Below, one piece after another: positions 19,597-28,333 of a stretch of DNA of 64,000 nt. Numbering within the stretch: position 1 is the stretch's first letter; every line of letters begins with the position of its first letter. Location: NCBI RefSeq assembly GCF_041737845.1, contig NZ_JBGSQX010000018.1, positions 6,025 to 70,024 of the forward strand. Reading direction: 5' to 3'. The notes beneath the pieces are model-generated. The model was given only the letters and a program-made list of their open reading frames with translations, made no database searches and was not told where the DNA came from. Source of the DNA: Desulfococcus sp. Its GTDB lineage: Bacteria; Desulfobacterota; Desulfobacteria; Desulfobacterales; Desulfococcaceae. The translations under genes were made by a program, and so were the position numbers.

Positions 19597-19809
19597 ATGT
19601 ACCATGGATTTCCGCAGATGAAAGGGGGGCGTCTGAAAAGCGCACCATGCCCGACGTGCGGCGGCCCCCTGGATGTCCAGCGATCCTGACGGCAGACCTT
19701 TCTGCGCTGCAGGTCCTGCAGCCGCCGCTTCACCATTGAACAGATCGCCGATGCCCTGGATGACGACCTTGAGGAGCTGCTGGCCAATATCCCCTGCAAC
19801 CGGCTCTAA
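19597..19809 (+). CDS. Small dual-CxxC selenoprotein (70 aa, Sec at codon 31); absent from the ORF track
   Basis: AGGAGA RBS, ATG 19597; MYHGFPQMKGGRLKSAPCPTCGGPLDVQRS-TGA(19687-19689)-RQTFLRCRSCSRRFTIEQIADALDDDLEELLANIPCNRL-TAA; hairpin follows the TGA. Confidence 0.82.
19690..19727 (+). promoter_or_regulatory. Candidate bacterial SECIS element
   Basis: Stem GCTGCAG (19706-19712) / CTGCAGC (19716-19722) with a G-first loop starting 23 nt after the UGA; possible lower stem CGGC/GCCG. Confidence 0.7.
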
Positions 19810-20727
19810 TTGCAGATGGTTGTCCTAAACGGCCTTTTCCCGGTCCTGGCCCTTCTGTTTCTGGGCGGATGTCTGAAAAAACTCCGCCTGACCAACGACG
19901 CCTTCCTGAAAACCGCTGACAAGCTGGTCTATTTCATCTTTTTTCCCGCCATGCTTTTCTGGAAGATCGGCGGCGCCCGGACCGCCGACGGCATCCACTG
20001 GCCCTTCTGCCTCGCGTCCCTGACCGCCGTGGGCATCCTCTATCTCATCAGCGCGGGCGTCATCCTGCTGGCTGTTCCCGAATTCGAAGCCGGCTCCTTT
20101 TCCCAGGCCTGCTACCGCTTCAACACCTACATCGGCATGGCCGTCATCCTGGGCACCCTGGGAGAGGAAGGCGCAAGGCATTTCGGCATCATGGTGGGAT
20201 TTGCCATCCCCATCATCAATACGCTGGCCGTCTCGACCCTGATCTGGCATTCCGGCAGGCGGTTTTCCCCGGGCGAGCGCCTCCGGATCACCGGACGGGC
20301 GCTGGTCTCCAATCCGCTCATCCTCGCATGCGCCGCCGGCATCCTGCACGCCCGGCTTGCCGGGGCCTTCCCGGCCTTCATCGACGGCGCCTTCAAACTG
20401 GCCACCTCGGTCACGCTGCCCCTGGCGCTCATCTCCATCGGCGGCACCCTGACCTTCGAAACCCTGCGGGGGCACCTGAAGCTTTCCCTGGTTGCGGCTG
20501 CTCTCAAGCTGATTCTATTCCCCCTGGTTGGATATACCTGCTTGAAATATTACAGTGTTTCAGGCGTCCCCTTCAAGGTGGGCATGATCTTTTTCGCGCT
20601 GCCGACGTCCACGGCCATCTATGTGCTGTCATCCCAGCTCAACAGCAGCACGGCGCTTGCATCGGCCAGTATCGTGGTGTCCACGCTGCTGTCGTTCATT
20701 CCACTGTCCATTGTGCTGCTGCTCTGA
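19810..20727 (+). CDS. AEC family (auxin efflux carrier-like) permease
   Basis: FFPAMLF, RFNTYIG, NPLILA, LALISIG and LPTS motifs; about 10 TM helices. Start is TTG 19810 or ATG 19816. Confidence 0.88.
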   Translation: MQMVVLNGLFPVLALLFLGGCLKKLRLTNDAFLKTADKLVYFIFFPAMLFWKIGGARTADGIHWPFCLASLTAVGILYLISAGVILLAVPEFEAGSFSQACYRFNTYIGMAVILGTLGEEGARHFGIMVGFAIPIINTLAVSTLIWHSGRRFSPGERLRITGRALVSNPLILACAAGILHARLAGAFPAFIDGAFKLATSVTLPLALISIGGTLTFETLRGHLKLSLVAAALKLILFPLVGYTCLKYYSVSGVPFKVGMIFFALPTSTAIYVLSSQLNSSTALASASIVVSTLLSFIPLSIVLLL

Positions 20728-20734
20728 TAGACAT

Positions 20735-21496
20735 ATGTTGAGAAACTTCAGAATGACCATTGAATACGACGGGGGAAACTACGCCGGATGGCAGTTTCAG
20801 AAAAACGCAAGGACCATTCAGGGCGAGATCGAGTCGGCCCTCCAAACCATGGTCGGCCGCCCTGTTCGCCTTTGCGCCTCGGGGAGAACCGACGCGGGGG
20901 TCCATGCCCTGGGTCAGGTGGCCGGATTCCGCTGCGACACCCGGCTCTCTCCGGAGACCTTTCAGAAGGGATTGAACAGCATGCTGGACGACGACATCGT
21001 CATCCATGACTGCCGGGAGGCCGCAGGCAGTTTTCACGCCCGGTTCGACGCCGTGGGCAAGACCTATCATTATTACATTCTGAACCGGCCCCTGCCCTCG
21101 GCCATCCGCCGGCGCCACGTCTGGTTCATCCGCCGGCCCCTGGACGATGCGGCCATGCAGAGCGCCGCCGACATGCTCACCGGAGAACATGACTTCAGTG
21201 CCTTCGAGGGCGCGGGGAGCCCCCGGGAGCACGCCATCCGGGTCATTACGTCCGCGCGGTTCGAAAGGGGCGGGGGCGGGGAAATCGCTTTCAAGATCTC
21301 TGCCAACGGGTTCCTTCGGTTCATGGTTCGGAACATCGTCGGGACCCTCGTGGAGGTGGGGCACCACAGGATCACTCCGTCTGAATTCCAGGCGGTTCTG
21401 GAATCGCGGGACCGAAGGCGCGCCGGCGCCACCGCGCCGCCCCAGGGGCTGTTCCTCATGAAGGTCTGGTATCCGGGCGAGGAGGATCGGACATGA
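20735..21496 (+). CDS. truA: tRNA pseudouridine(38-40) synthase
   Basis: IEYDG, SGRTDAGVHA, FHARF, GFLRFMVRNIVG and APPQGL. Confidence 0.95.
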   Translation: MLRNFRMTIEYDGGNYAGWQFQKNARTIQGEIESALQTMVGRPVRLCASGRTDAGVHALGQVAGFRCDTRLSPETFQKGLNSMLDDDIVIHDCREAAGSFHARFDAVGKTYHYYILNRPLPSAIRRRHVWFIRRPLDDAAMQSAADMLTGEHDFSAFEGAGSPREHAIRVITSARFERGGGGEIAFKISANGFLRFMVRNIVGTLVEVGHHRITPSEFQAVLESRDRRRAGATAPPQGLFLMKVWYPGEEDRT

Positions 21497-21768
21497 CCAA
21501 ACGGAAAGCATTCAAGACGACGGGTTTCGTCAAGGTGGCCCTCATCGAGAACCCCATCGAGGCCCAGGTCCTGAGCGGCGCCCTTGCCCAAGAGGGAATT
21601 CCCCATGAACTGAAAAGCTACCATGACACCGCCTACGACGGACTGTTTCAGGCCCACAAAGGGTGGGGAGAAATCCGGGCGCCCGAAGCCTTCAGAAAAA
21701 AAATCCTTGAATTTCTTGACGATATCCGGCGGGAAGACCTGAGCGACTTTGAGGCGCCCCCGGCGTGA
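21493..21768 (+). CDS. DUF2007-like putative signal-transducing protein
   Basis: NPIEAQVLSGALAQEGIP pattern; GAGGAGG RBS; overlaps the truA stop by ATGA. Confidence 0.7.
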   Translation: MTKRKAFKTTGFVKVALIENPIEAQVLSGALAQEGIPHELKSYHDTAYDGLFQAHKGWGEIRAPEAFRKKILEFLDDIRREDLSDFEAPPA

Positions 21769-21969
21769 CGCCCTCGTCCGAACCCCATCCGTCGATCCGG
21801 TATTTTTCGCAAAAAGATTGAATTATTCAGCAGATGCACTAAAATATGCGTCATAATTTTAATGAGAGACGTCAAAATGATGACTTTGGTACAGCGGGGC
21901 ACGGACTTCGTGCCCGATCCCATGCCGGGCATGACGTCAATTCTTTAACGCCATACAGGAGGTTCAGCA

Positions 21970-23244
21970 ATGACGGATTTTGAACGCGCATTGGACATCG
22001 GTCGTCCCCCCAACGTCAAAAAGATATTTCCCCATTCAAAAGCGCTTCTCGTGAGCGGCAAGTTCATTGATCTGGCGATGACCCGGAAAGGCCATGCCAT
22101 CTGCATTGCGGCCAACGGCCGGAGTCATTTCGTCATTCGGGGGGCCCTGGCCGCGGCCCAGCGCGCCAAAAGCGCGCTCATCATCGAAATCGCCCGCTCC
22201 GAGGGCGGCGCCTCCGCCTACTGCGCCGTCAATCTCTGGAATATCGCCCGCCAGGTGGACGCCGTCTGCAATGAACTCGGGATCACCATTCCCGTCGCGG
22301 TTCACGCGGACCATTTCGGCATCAAGAAAACCGGCGACATCGCGCCGGCCAAGGTGGAGATTCCCTCCCTCTTCGACGCCGGCATCACCTCCATCGCCAT
22401 CGACGCGTCCCACATGCCCGACGACCAGAACCTGCTGGCCAGCATCGACATCATCCGGAGCGTGGTGCCGGAATGGGCCGGGCTCGAAACCGAGGTGGGT
22501 GAAATCAAGGGAAAGGAGGGCCTGTCCACCGTGGACGAGGCGCTCTTCCTCATCCGGGGACTCAACGCCCACGACATTTTTCCCAACTGGATCGCCCTCA
22601 ACAACGGCACGACCCACGGCATCGAGGCCAGCGGCCAGGGCATCCAGGTGGAACTGACGGCCGATATCCATGCGGCACTGGAAAAGTACCGGGTCTCCGG
22701 GGCTCAGCACGGCACCTCGGGCAACAGCTCCGAGAGGCTCCGGGAGATCGTCCGGAAAACCCGGACCACCAAGGCCAATGTCGCCACCGCCCTCCAGATG
22801 ATCTCCTGGGGCATCGAGGTGAACGACTACGGCAATGCCATTCTGGACGCCGGCGGCAACTTCATCAAGGTGAAGGGAGAAGGGGTTTCAGAGGAGATGT
22901 GGGCCGCCATGGTCGCCCATTCGGAAGCAAATGGCTGGAAAGGCGGCAATTTCAAGAACTTGAACCTGCCCTTTGAAAACAAGCTCTTGGGTCAGCCCCG
23001 GGAGGTCCGGGACCGGATGGCCCGAAGGGTCGAAGATTTCGTCTACAACATGATCACCGGCGTGTTCAATGCCGGGGATACGGCGGACATCGTCATCGAC
23101 GCCATATTGAAGGCCGGTTCCCACGACCCGGGCCCCAAGGCCCATCGCATTGAAAACCCCGCCGACTGGACCCCTGAAAAAATTCTTGAACGGGGCAAGT
23201 CCCTGGCGGGGAATAAAGGCGCTAAAGGAGATTTTGACGATTAA
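21970..23244 (+). CDS. fba: Class II fructose-bisphosphate aldolase
   Basis: HADH, IDASH, ETEVG, GTTHG and QHGTSG zinc-binding motifs; AGGAGG RBS. Confidence 0.88.
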   Translation: MTDFERALDIGRPPNVKKIFPHSKALLVSGKFIDLAMTRKGHAICIAANGRSHFVIRGALAAAQRAKSALIIEIARSEGGASAYCAVNLWNIARQVDAVCNELGITIPVAVHADHFGIKKTGDIAPAKVEIPSLFDAGITSIAIDASHMPDDQNLLASIDIIRSVVPEWAGLETEVGEIKGKEGLSTVDEALFLIRGLNAHDIFPNWIALNNGTTHGIEASGQGIQVELTADIHAALEKYRVSGAQHGTSGNSSERLREIVRKTRTTKANVATALQMISWGIEVNDYGNAILDAGGNFIKVKGEGVSEEMWAAMVAHSEANGWKGGNFKNLNLPFENKLLGQPREVRDRMARRVEDFVYNMITGVFNAGDTADIVIDAILKAGSHDPGPKAHRIENPADWTPEKILERGKSLAGNKGAKGDFDD

Positions 23245-23746
23245 CGACATCCAAGACAAAAAATTCTGCACTTCCTGCGGCCATCCGCTGATCCGGAAGG
23301 AATGGGAAGGGCGGAACCGCCTTTTCTGCGAGCGCTGCAACGCGCCGTTCTACGAGAACCCCATCCCCGCGGCCTGCGTCATCGCCGTTGATTCCGTGGG
23401 GAGGCTTCTACTGGTCAGACGCAGCGTCGAGCCCAAGCGGGGGCTCTGGTGCCTCCCCGGCGGATACATGGAGCTCGGGGAGGCCCCGGAGGAAACGGCC
23501 CTGCGGGAACTCCGGGAGGAAACCGGCCTGCTCGGCCGGATCGACCGCCTGTTGGATGCGGATTCGAATCCCAGCCGGATCTATCACACGGTGGCCCTGG
23601 TCTGCTATCTCGTGAGCGACTTCCACGGCGAGCTGGCCCCCGGCGACGATGCGGACGACGCCGGCTTCTTTTCTCCGGAAGCCCTCCCCGAACTGGCCTT
23701 CAGCAGCCACCGGAAGTTCATCCAGCGTTTTTTCGGGCAGTCCTGA
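23234..23746 (+). CDS. NUDIX hydrolase with N-terminal zinc ribbon
   Basis: CTSCG...CERC...YENP; Nudix box GGYMELGEAPEETALRELREETG; TTG 23234 after AAGGAG. Confidence 0.88.
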   Translation: MTINDIQDKKFCTSCGHPLIRKEWEGRNRLFCERCNAPFYENPIPAACVIAVDSVGRLLLVRRSVEPKRGLWCLPGGYMELGEAPEETALRELREETGLLGRIDRLLDADSNPSRIYHTVALVCYLVSDFHGELAPGDDADDAGFFSPEALPELAFSSHRKFIQRFFGQS

Positions 23747-23828
23747 GGCGGTCTTCACAGCCGCCCGTGGCGGTGCGCGCCCCGACGGGCCAGACATCCC
23801 TCCACCGCAAAGACAGGGTCCGTGCGGG

Positions 23829-24719
23829 TCACGCCATCCGGTAGAGCTTTCCCGGCAGATCCCTGCCCAAAAACGCCGACAGGCGCCGGGTGCAGGATGC
23901 CACCTGCCGCCAGTCGACACCGGTGGCGGCACCCATGGCCGCCATCAGGTGGACGGTGTCCTCGGTCGCGATGTTCCCGGCTGCGCCGGGAACGAACGGG
24001 CATCCTCCCATCCCGCCCAGGGCGGTGTCAAAAAATGTGACACCGCACCGGAGTCCTGCCGCCGCGTTGACGAGACCCAGCCCCCGGGTGTCATGGAGGT
24101 GGAGGCCCATGGGAACGGCGGCACTGGCCGCGTCCAATGCGGTGAGCATCCCCTCCACCGCAGGCGGCGTCCCCATCCCCGTCGTATCGGCAAGGGTCAG
24201 CCGCGCCACGCCGGCATCCGCGAACATCCGGGCCGCCCTCAGGACGCGGGCCGCCGGGACCGCCCCTTCATAGACGCACCCGAAGGCGCACTGAATGCTG
24301 GCTGTTACCACCATGCCCGCGCTCCTGGCGAGGGCGACCATCCTTTCCCCTTCCGCCAGGGCTGCTTCATGAGACATCCCCGCATTCTTCCGACTGTGGG
24401 CATCGCTTGCGGAAATGGATACCTCGATGCAGGAGAGCCCGGCCTCTCCGGCCCGGGTGACCCCGGCGGTATTCAAAGCCAGACCGAAAAAGGTCACCGA
24501 CGGCGTCTTCGGCAGTCTTCGGACGAGGTCTTCGGCGTCGGCCATCTGGGGCACCCGCTTCGGGCTCACGAAAGACGCCACCTGGATGTGCTTGAGCCCG
24601 GCCGCAGCCAGGCCGGTGATAATGTCGAGCTTGAGGTCCGTGGGAAGGATCCTGGATTCAAGCTGGAACCCGTCCCGGGGGCCGACCTCCACGATTGTGA
24701 CGGACTTGGGCAGCGACAT
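23829..24719 (-). CDS. Hydroxymethylglutaryl-CoA lyase
   Basis: EVGPRDG, LADTTG, HLHDTRG and GGCPF...GNIATED. Confidence 0.92.
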   Translation of the reverse strand: MSLPKSVTIVEVGPRDGFQLESRILPTDLKLDIITGLAAAGLKHIQVASFVSPKRVPQMADAEDLVRRLPKTPSVTFFGLALNTAGVTRAGEAGLSCIEVSISASDAHSRKNAGMSHEAALAEGERMVALARSAGMVVTASIQCAFGCVYEGAVPAARVLRAARMFADAGVARLTLADTTGMGTPPAVEGMLTALDAASAAVPMGLHLHDTRGLGLVNAAAGLRCGVTFFDTALGGMGGCPFVPGAAGNIATEDTVHLMAAMGAATGVDWRQVASCTRRLSAFLGRDLPGKLYRMA

Positions 24720-25066
24720 GCCTCTGCTTCCTCCTGATAATCTCCATCGGAAGCATGCTTCCGAGAATCGATGAAGTTATGTTTTTTCGATCATGACCCC
24801 GGCGTCGCACCGCAGGGCTTGCGGCCCCCGGTTACGACCGCCCGGGCCGGGCTTGTCATCCGGACCGCCCCCGCGAATGCCTGGCTCCGGTCCGGGACTC
24901 AGCGCTGCTTGTAGAAAACAACGGCGCCCCCGGTCAAGGGGAAATCTCCACCCGCCGGTCTCCAAGCCCAAAAAGCCCTTGACGAAAACGAAAGGAGCGC
25001 TGTAAGACCCTCGCCAGTCAATCTGCCCGAGCAGGACCCATCACCGAACGAAGGAAACAGGATGCC

Positions 25067-26317
25067 ATGGCGGAACGTCACCGGCCCCCCCTCAGGATCT
25101 GCCTCCTCAGCTACCGGAGCAACCCGCATTGCGGCGGTCAGGGCGTCTACGTCCGAAACCTCAGCAAGGCCCTTCGCGACCTCGGCCACGCCGTGGATGT
25201 CATCTCCGGGCCTCCCCTGCCGGTCCTGGACAACGGCGTCCGCCTGACCTACCTGCCCGGCCTGGATCTTTACAACCCCGAGGACCTGTTCCGGACGCCG
25301 TCGATCAGGGAACTGGCGGATCCGGTCAACCTGCTGGAGTGGCTGGGTGTCTCCACCATGGGGTTTCCCGAGCCTCTCACCTTCGGCATCCGCGCGTTTG
25401 GGTTCCTCCGGAACCGTCTCGGCCGGTATGACATCCTCCACGACAACCAGAGCCTTTCCTACGGCATCTGGGCCCTCAAGGACCGGATTCCCGTGATTCC
25501 GACCATCCATCATCCCATCACCGTGGACCGGGATATCGCGGTCCGTTCGGTCCGGTCCTGGTGGAAGAAGCTGAAACACCTCCGGTGGTATTCCTTCATC
25601 GGGATGCAGATCCGCGTCGCCCGGAAATTTTCCAGGATCATCACGGTTTCGGAATGCACCCGCCACGATATCAGCCGGGAGTTCGCCATCCCCGCCCGGC
25701 GCTTCCGGGTGATCCCCAACGGCATCAACACCGGTCTATTCTATCCCATGCCTGAAATTCGGCGGGACCCCCGAAGGATCATCGTCACCAACAGCGCCGA
25801 TATGCCGCTCAAGGGCCTCTATTACCTGCTTCAGGCCATCGCCGGTATCGCGGGGAAGGCCCCCGATCTCAAGCTCGTCGTCGTCGGGACCCCTAAACCC
25901 AACGGCGGCGTGGTCAAACTCATCCGCAGGCTGGGCATCGGGGACCGCATCCGTTTCACCGGGCGGATCAGCGACGAGGCGTTCGTCATGGAGTACGCCA
26001 GGGCCGGCATGGCCGTCGTGCCGTCCGTCTACGAGGGCTTCGGCCTGCCGGCGGGGGAGGCGATGGCCTGTGGCGTTCCCGTTATCTCGACCACCGGGGG
26101 GGCATTGCCGGAGGTGGTCGGCGATGCCGGGATCCTCGTGCCGCCGGCCGATCCCCATGCCCTTGGTGCGGCCATCCAGCGCCTGATGGATCACCCCGAT
26201 CATGCGCGGGATCTCGGCATGAAGGGATTGAAACGGGTTCAGGAAAATTTTACCTGGCGGACCGCCGCCATCAAAACGGTCGAGGCATACCGCGAGGTCA
26301 TTCATGCTCACCGTTGA
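25067..26317 (+). CDS. GT4 glycosyltransferase resembling mycobacterial ManT (alpha-1,4-mannosyltransferase)
   Basis: LLSYRSNPHCGGQGVYV, GFPEPLTF, HDNQ, HHPIT and EGFGLPAGEAMACG. The GT4 call is firm; the ManT likeness is from recall. Confidence 0.85.
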   Translation: MAERHRPPLRICLLSYRSNPHCGGQGVYVRNLSKALRDLGHAVDVISGPPLPVLDNGVRLTYLPGLDLYNPEDLFRTPSIRELADPVNLLEWLGVSTMGFPEPLTFGIRAFGFLRNRLGRYDILHDNQSLSYGIWALKDRIPVIPTIHHPITVDRDIAVRSVRSWWKKLKHLRWYSFIGMQIRVARKFSRIITVSECTRHDISREFAIPARRFRVIPNGINTGLFYPMPEIRRDPRRIIVTNSADMPLKGLYYLLQAIAGIAGKAPDLKLVVVGTPKPNGGVVKLIRRLGIGDRIRFTGRISDEAFVMEYARAGMAVVPSVYEGFGLPAGEAMACGVPVISTTGGALPEVVGDAGILVPPADPHALGAAIQRLMDHPDHARDLGMKGLKRVQENFTWRTAAIKTVEAYREVIHAHR

Positions 26318-27416
26318 TTTCAGGCGAACGCCCCTCAGGGCCGGAAACCGGATTCTGGATGTCGGCTGCGGCTCCGGCCGGCACATGGGGGAAACCGTCC
26401 GCCGTTCCGGAACCCTGACCGTGGGGACCGACATCCACCGCAAGGATCTTCTGGACGCCCGAAAACGGCTGTCCGAGCTGAATGCGATGGGGGAAATCCG
26501 CGGAGGGTGCGCCCTTGCGGCGGCCGACATCACCACCCTGCCCTTCCCCGACCACGCCTTCGACCTCGTGATCTGCTCGGAGGTACTGGAGCACGTTCCG
26601 GACCACCGGGCGGCCATCGCAGAACTGGTCCGCGTCCTGAAGCCCGGCGGAGGCATCGTGATCAGCGTTCCTAGATATTATCCTGAAAAAATATGCTGGA
26701 TATTGTCGAAAGCCTATCGTTCGACCCCCGGCGGGCATATCCGGATTTACGGCCGAAAGGCAATGGAGAACCTCATAATGGAATCGGGTGTCGCGCTGCG
26801 GGAATGCTGCCATGCCCACAGCCTTCATGTTCCGTATTGGTGGCTGAGATGCCTTCTGGGCCTGGAGCGGAGCGACGCCCTTCCGGTAAGGGCGTACCAT
26901 CGGTTTTTGCTGTGGGATATGATGCGCCGCCCCTGGATCACCCGTTTCCTGGACCGGCTTCTGAACCCTGTCCTGGGGAAAAGCGTTGTTTTCTATGGAA
27001 GGGGAAAAACACCTCAGGCCACACCCGATCCGGGCCGCGCTTCACGCTGCACCGTACCGTCCTCCATTTCCAGACCCGAGAAAGAGACATCGAGAAAGAA
27101 AAAGACCGTTTCTAACACCCCGAGAGTCCAAATTCGTCCCGCTCTTCTTCCATCTCAACGGAATGGTGGCTCACCCGATGATGGCATGAGGGGCAGTAGA
27201 AGTAATTGGGCGAGGGATCCTTGCCACAGATTTTGCACTTCCGCGCTGGTTTCTTCTTGGATTTCAGCACCCGAATGGGTTCGTCGGCGTCCTCGAGATG
27301 AATCGTCTTTTTCTTCTGTGATTTTCGTTGTTCTCTCATATATTCCTTTCTCTCGGATCCTCAGCCGTTTTTCTAATTTGACAGCGAGGTTCATCCGTGG
27401 CATCCAAATCGGATGA
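26304..27416 (+). CDS. Class I SAM-dependent methyltransferase with an apparently spurious ~135-aa C-terminal extension
   Basis: MLTVDF, ILDVGCGSGRH, CSEVLEHV, GGHIRIY and HVPYWWL. Family-like sequence ends near GKSVVFY (~26997) but the frame stays open to 27416. Confidence 0.82.
   Translation: MLTVDFRRTPLRAGNRILDVGCGSGRHMGETVRRSGTLTVGTDIHRKDLLDARKRLSELNAMGEIRGGCALAAADITTLPFPDHAFDLVICSEVLEHVPDHRAAIAELVRVLKPGGGIVISVPRYYPEKICWILSKAYRSTPGGHIRIYGRKAMENLIMESGVALRECCHAHSLHVPYWWLRCLLGLERSDALPVRAYHRFLLWDMMRRPWITRFLDRLLNPVLGKSVVFYGRGKTPQATPDPGRASRCTVPSSISRPEKETSRKKKTVSNTPRVQIRPALLPSQRNGGSPDDGMRGSRSNWARDPCHRFCTSALVSSWISAPEWVRRRPRDESSFSSVIFVVLSYIPFSRILSRFSNLTARFIRGIQIG
27112..27339 (-). CDS. Small basic zinc-ribbon protein (75 aa)
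   Basis: AAAGGA RBS; CKIC-x10-CPSC; Lys-rich N-terminal half. Confidence 0.7.
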   Translation of the reverse strand: MREQRKSQKKKTIHLEDADEPIRVLKSKKKPARKCKICGKDPSPNYFYCPSCHHRVSHHSVEMEEERDEFGLSGC

Positions 27417-27605
27417 CTCCAGACCTTCAAACAATGTTTCGGCGCGGCGGCGGAGGGAAGGTCCTCCCGTTCATGCCCCAGCGGCGGAGACGCCGGGTGG
27501 AATACCGATCTGAAGGTCTCGGAAAAAAGAAAGCCGGCACCTCGCCAATACCGTGAAATTAAAAGCAACGAACGTGCCAAATATTCAGAAGGATTTCCAA
27601 TATAC

Positions 27606-27621
27606 TGGCATAAAAAGTGCT
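27606..27621 (+). promoter_or_regulatory. Sigma54 (-24/-12) promoter upstream of the DUF2179 gene
   Basis: TGGCATAAAAAGTGCT, i.e. GG-N10-GC. Confidence 0.65.
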
Positions 27622-27733
27622 TAAAACCACCCGTCGATACAAACGTCATGCAGATGCCCCATACCCATCCAATCTGGATATTTATGGGCTTTTATTTTAT
27701 TCACCTGTCGTTTTTGAACCTGGATGAAGCAAA

Positions 27734-28294
27734 ATGGAATCAACCATCCTTTTTACCGGCATCTTGATTTTCTTCGCCCGGATTTTCGATGTGGCTCTGG
27801 GGACGCTTCGAACGATCGTGACCGTTCAAGGCCGAACGGTCAATGCCTTTTTCCTGGGCATCGCGGAGGTGATCATCTGGATCCTCGTCGTCAGCACCGT
27901 CGTCAATCAGATTAAGGAATCACCTGTATTAATTCTGTTTTATGCACTCGGATTTGCCAGCGGGAATGTTGTCGGCATCCTTGTCGAGAGAAAACTGGCC
28001 TTCGGGAACATCGTGCTTCGAATCATCTCCACAAAAAGGGGCAATGCCCTGGCCAATGAGTTGAGAGCCGCAGGCCAGCCCGTGACCGTGTTCGTGGGGG
28101 AAGGGATGCACGGGCCGGTGAAAGAGCTTTATGTGGTCTGCCGCAGGCGGGACATGAAGCGGCTGCTCTCCGTGGTGGACAGCATCGACGCGTCGGCGTT
28201 TATCATCACGGAAATGGCCCGGGACGTGAACAAAATCCTCCATCCGTTCAGGGTCCCTTTCACCGGGTGGCGGTCGGCCACGAAAAACAAATAG
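27734..28294 (+). CDS. DUF2179/DUF5698 (UPF0316) membrane protein
   Basis: FARIFDVALGTLR and YALGFASGNVVG, followed by a soluble C-terminal domain. Confidence 0.85.
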   Translation: MESTILFTGILIFFARIFDVALGTLRTIVTVQGRTVNAFFLGIAEVIIWILVVSTVVNQIKESPVLILFYALGFASGNVVGILVERKLAFGNIVLRIISTKRGNALANELRAAGQPVTVFVGEGMHGPVKELYVVCRRRDMKRLLSVVDSIDASAFIITEMARDVNKILHPFRVPFTGWRSATKNK

Positions 28295-28333
28295 GCCCCC
28301 TCCCCCCGCCGGTCCGAAGCCCCCAGGCTGCCC

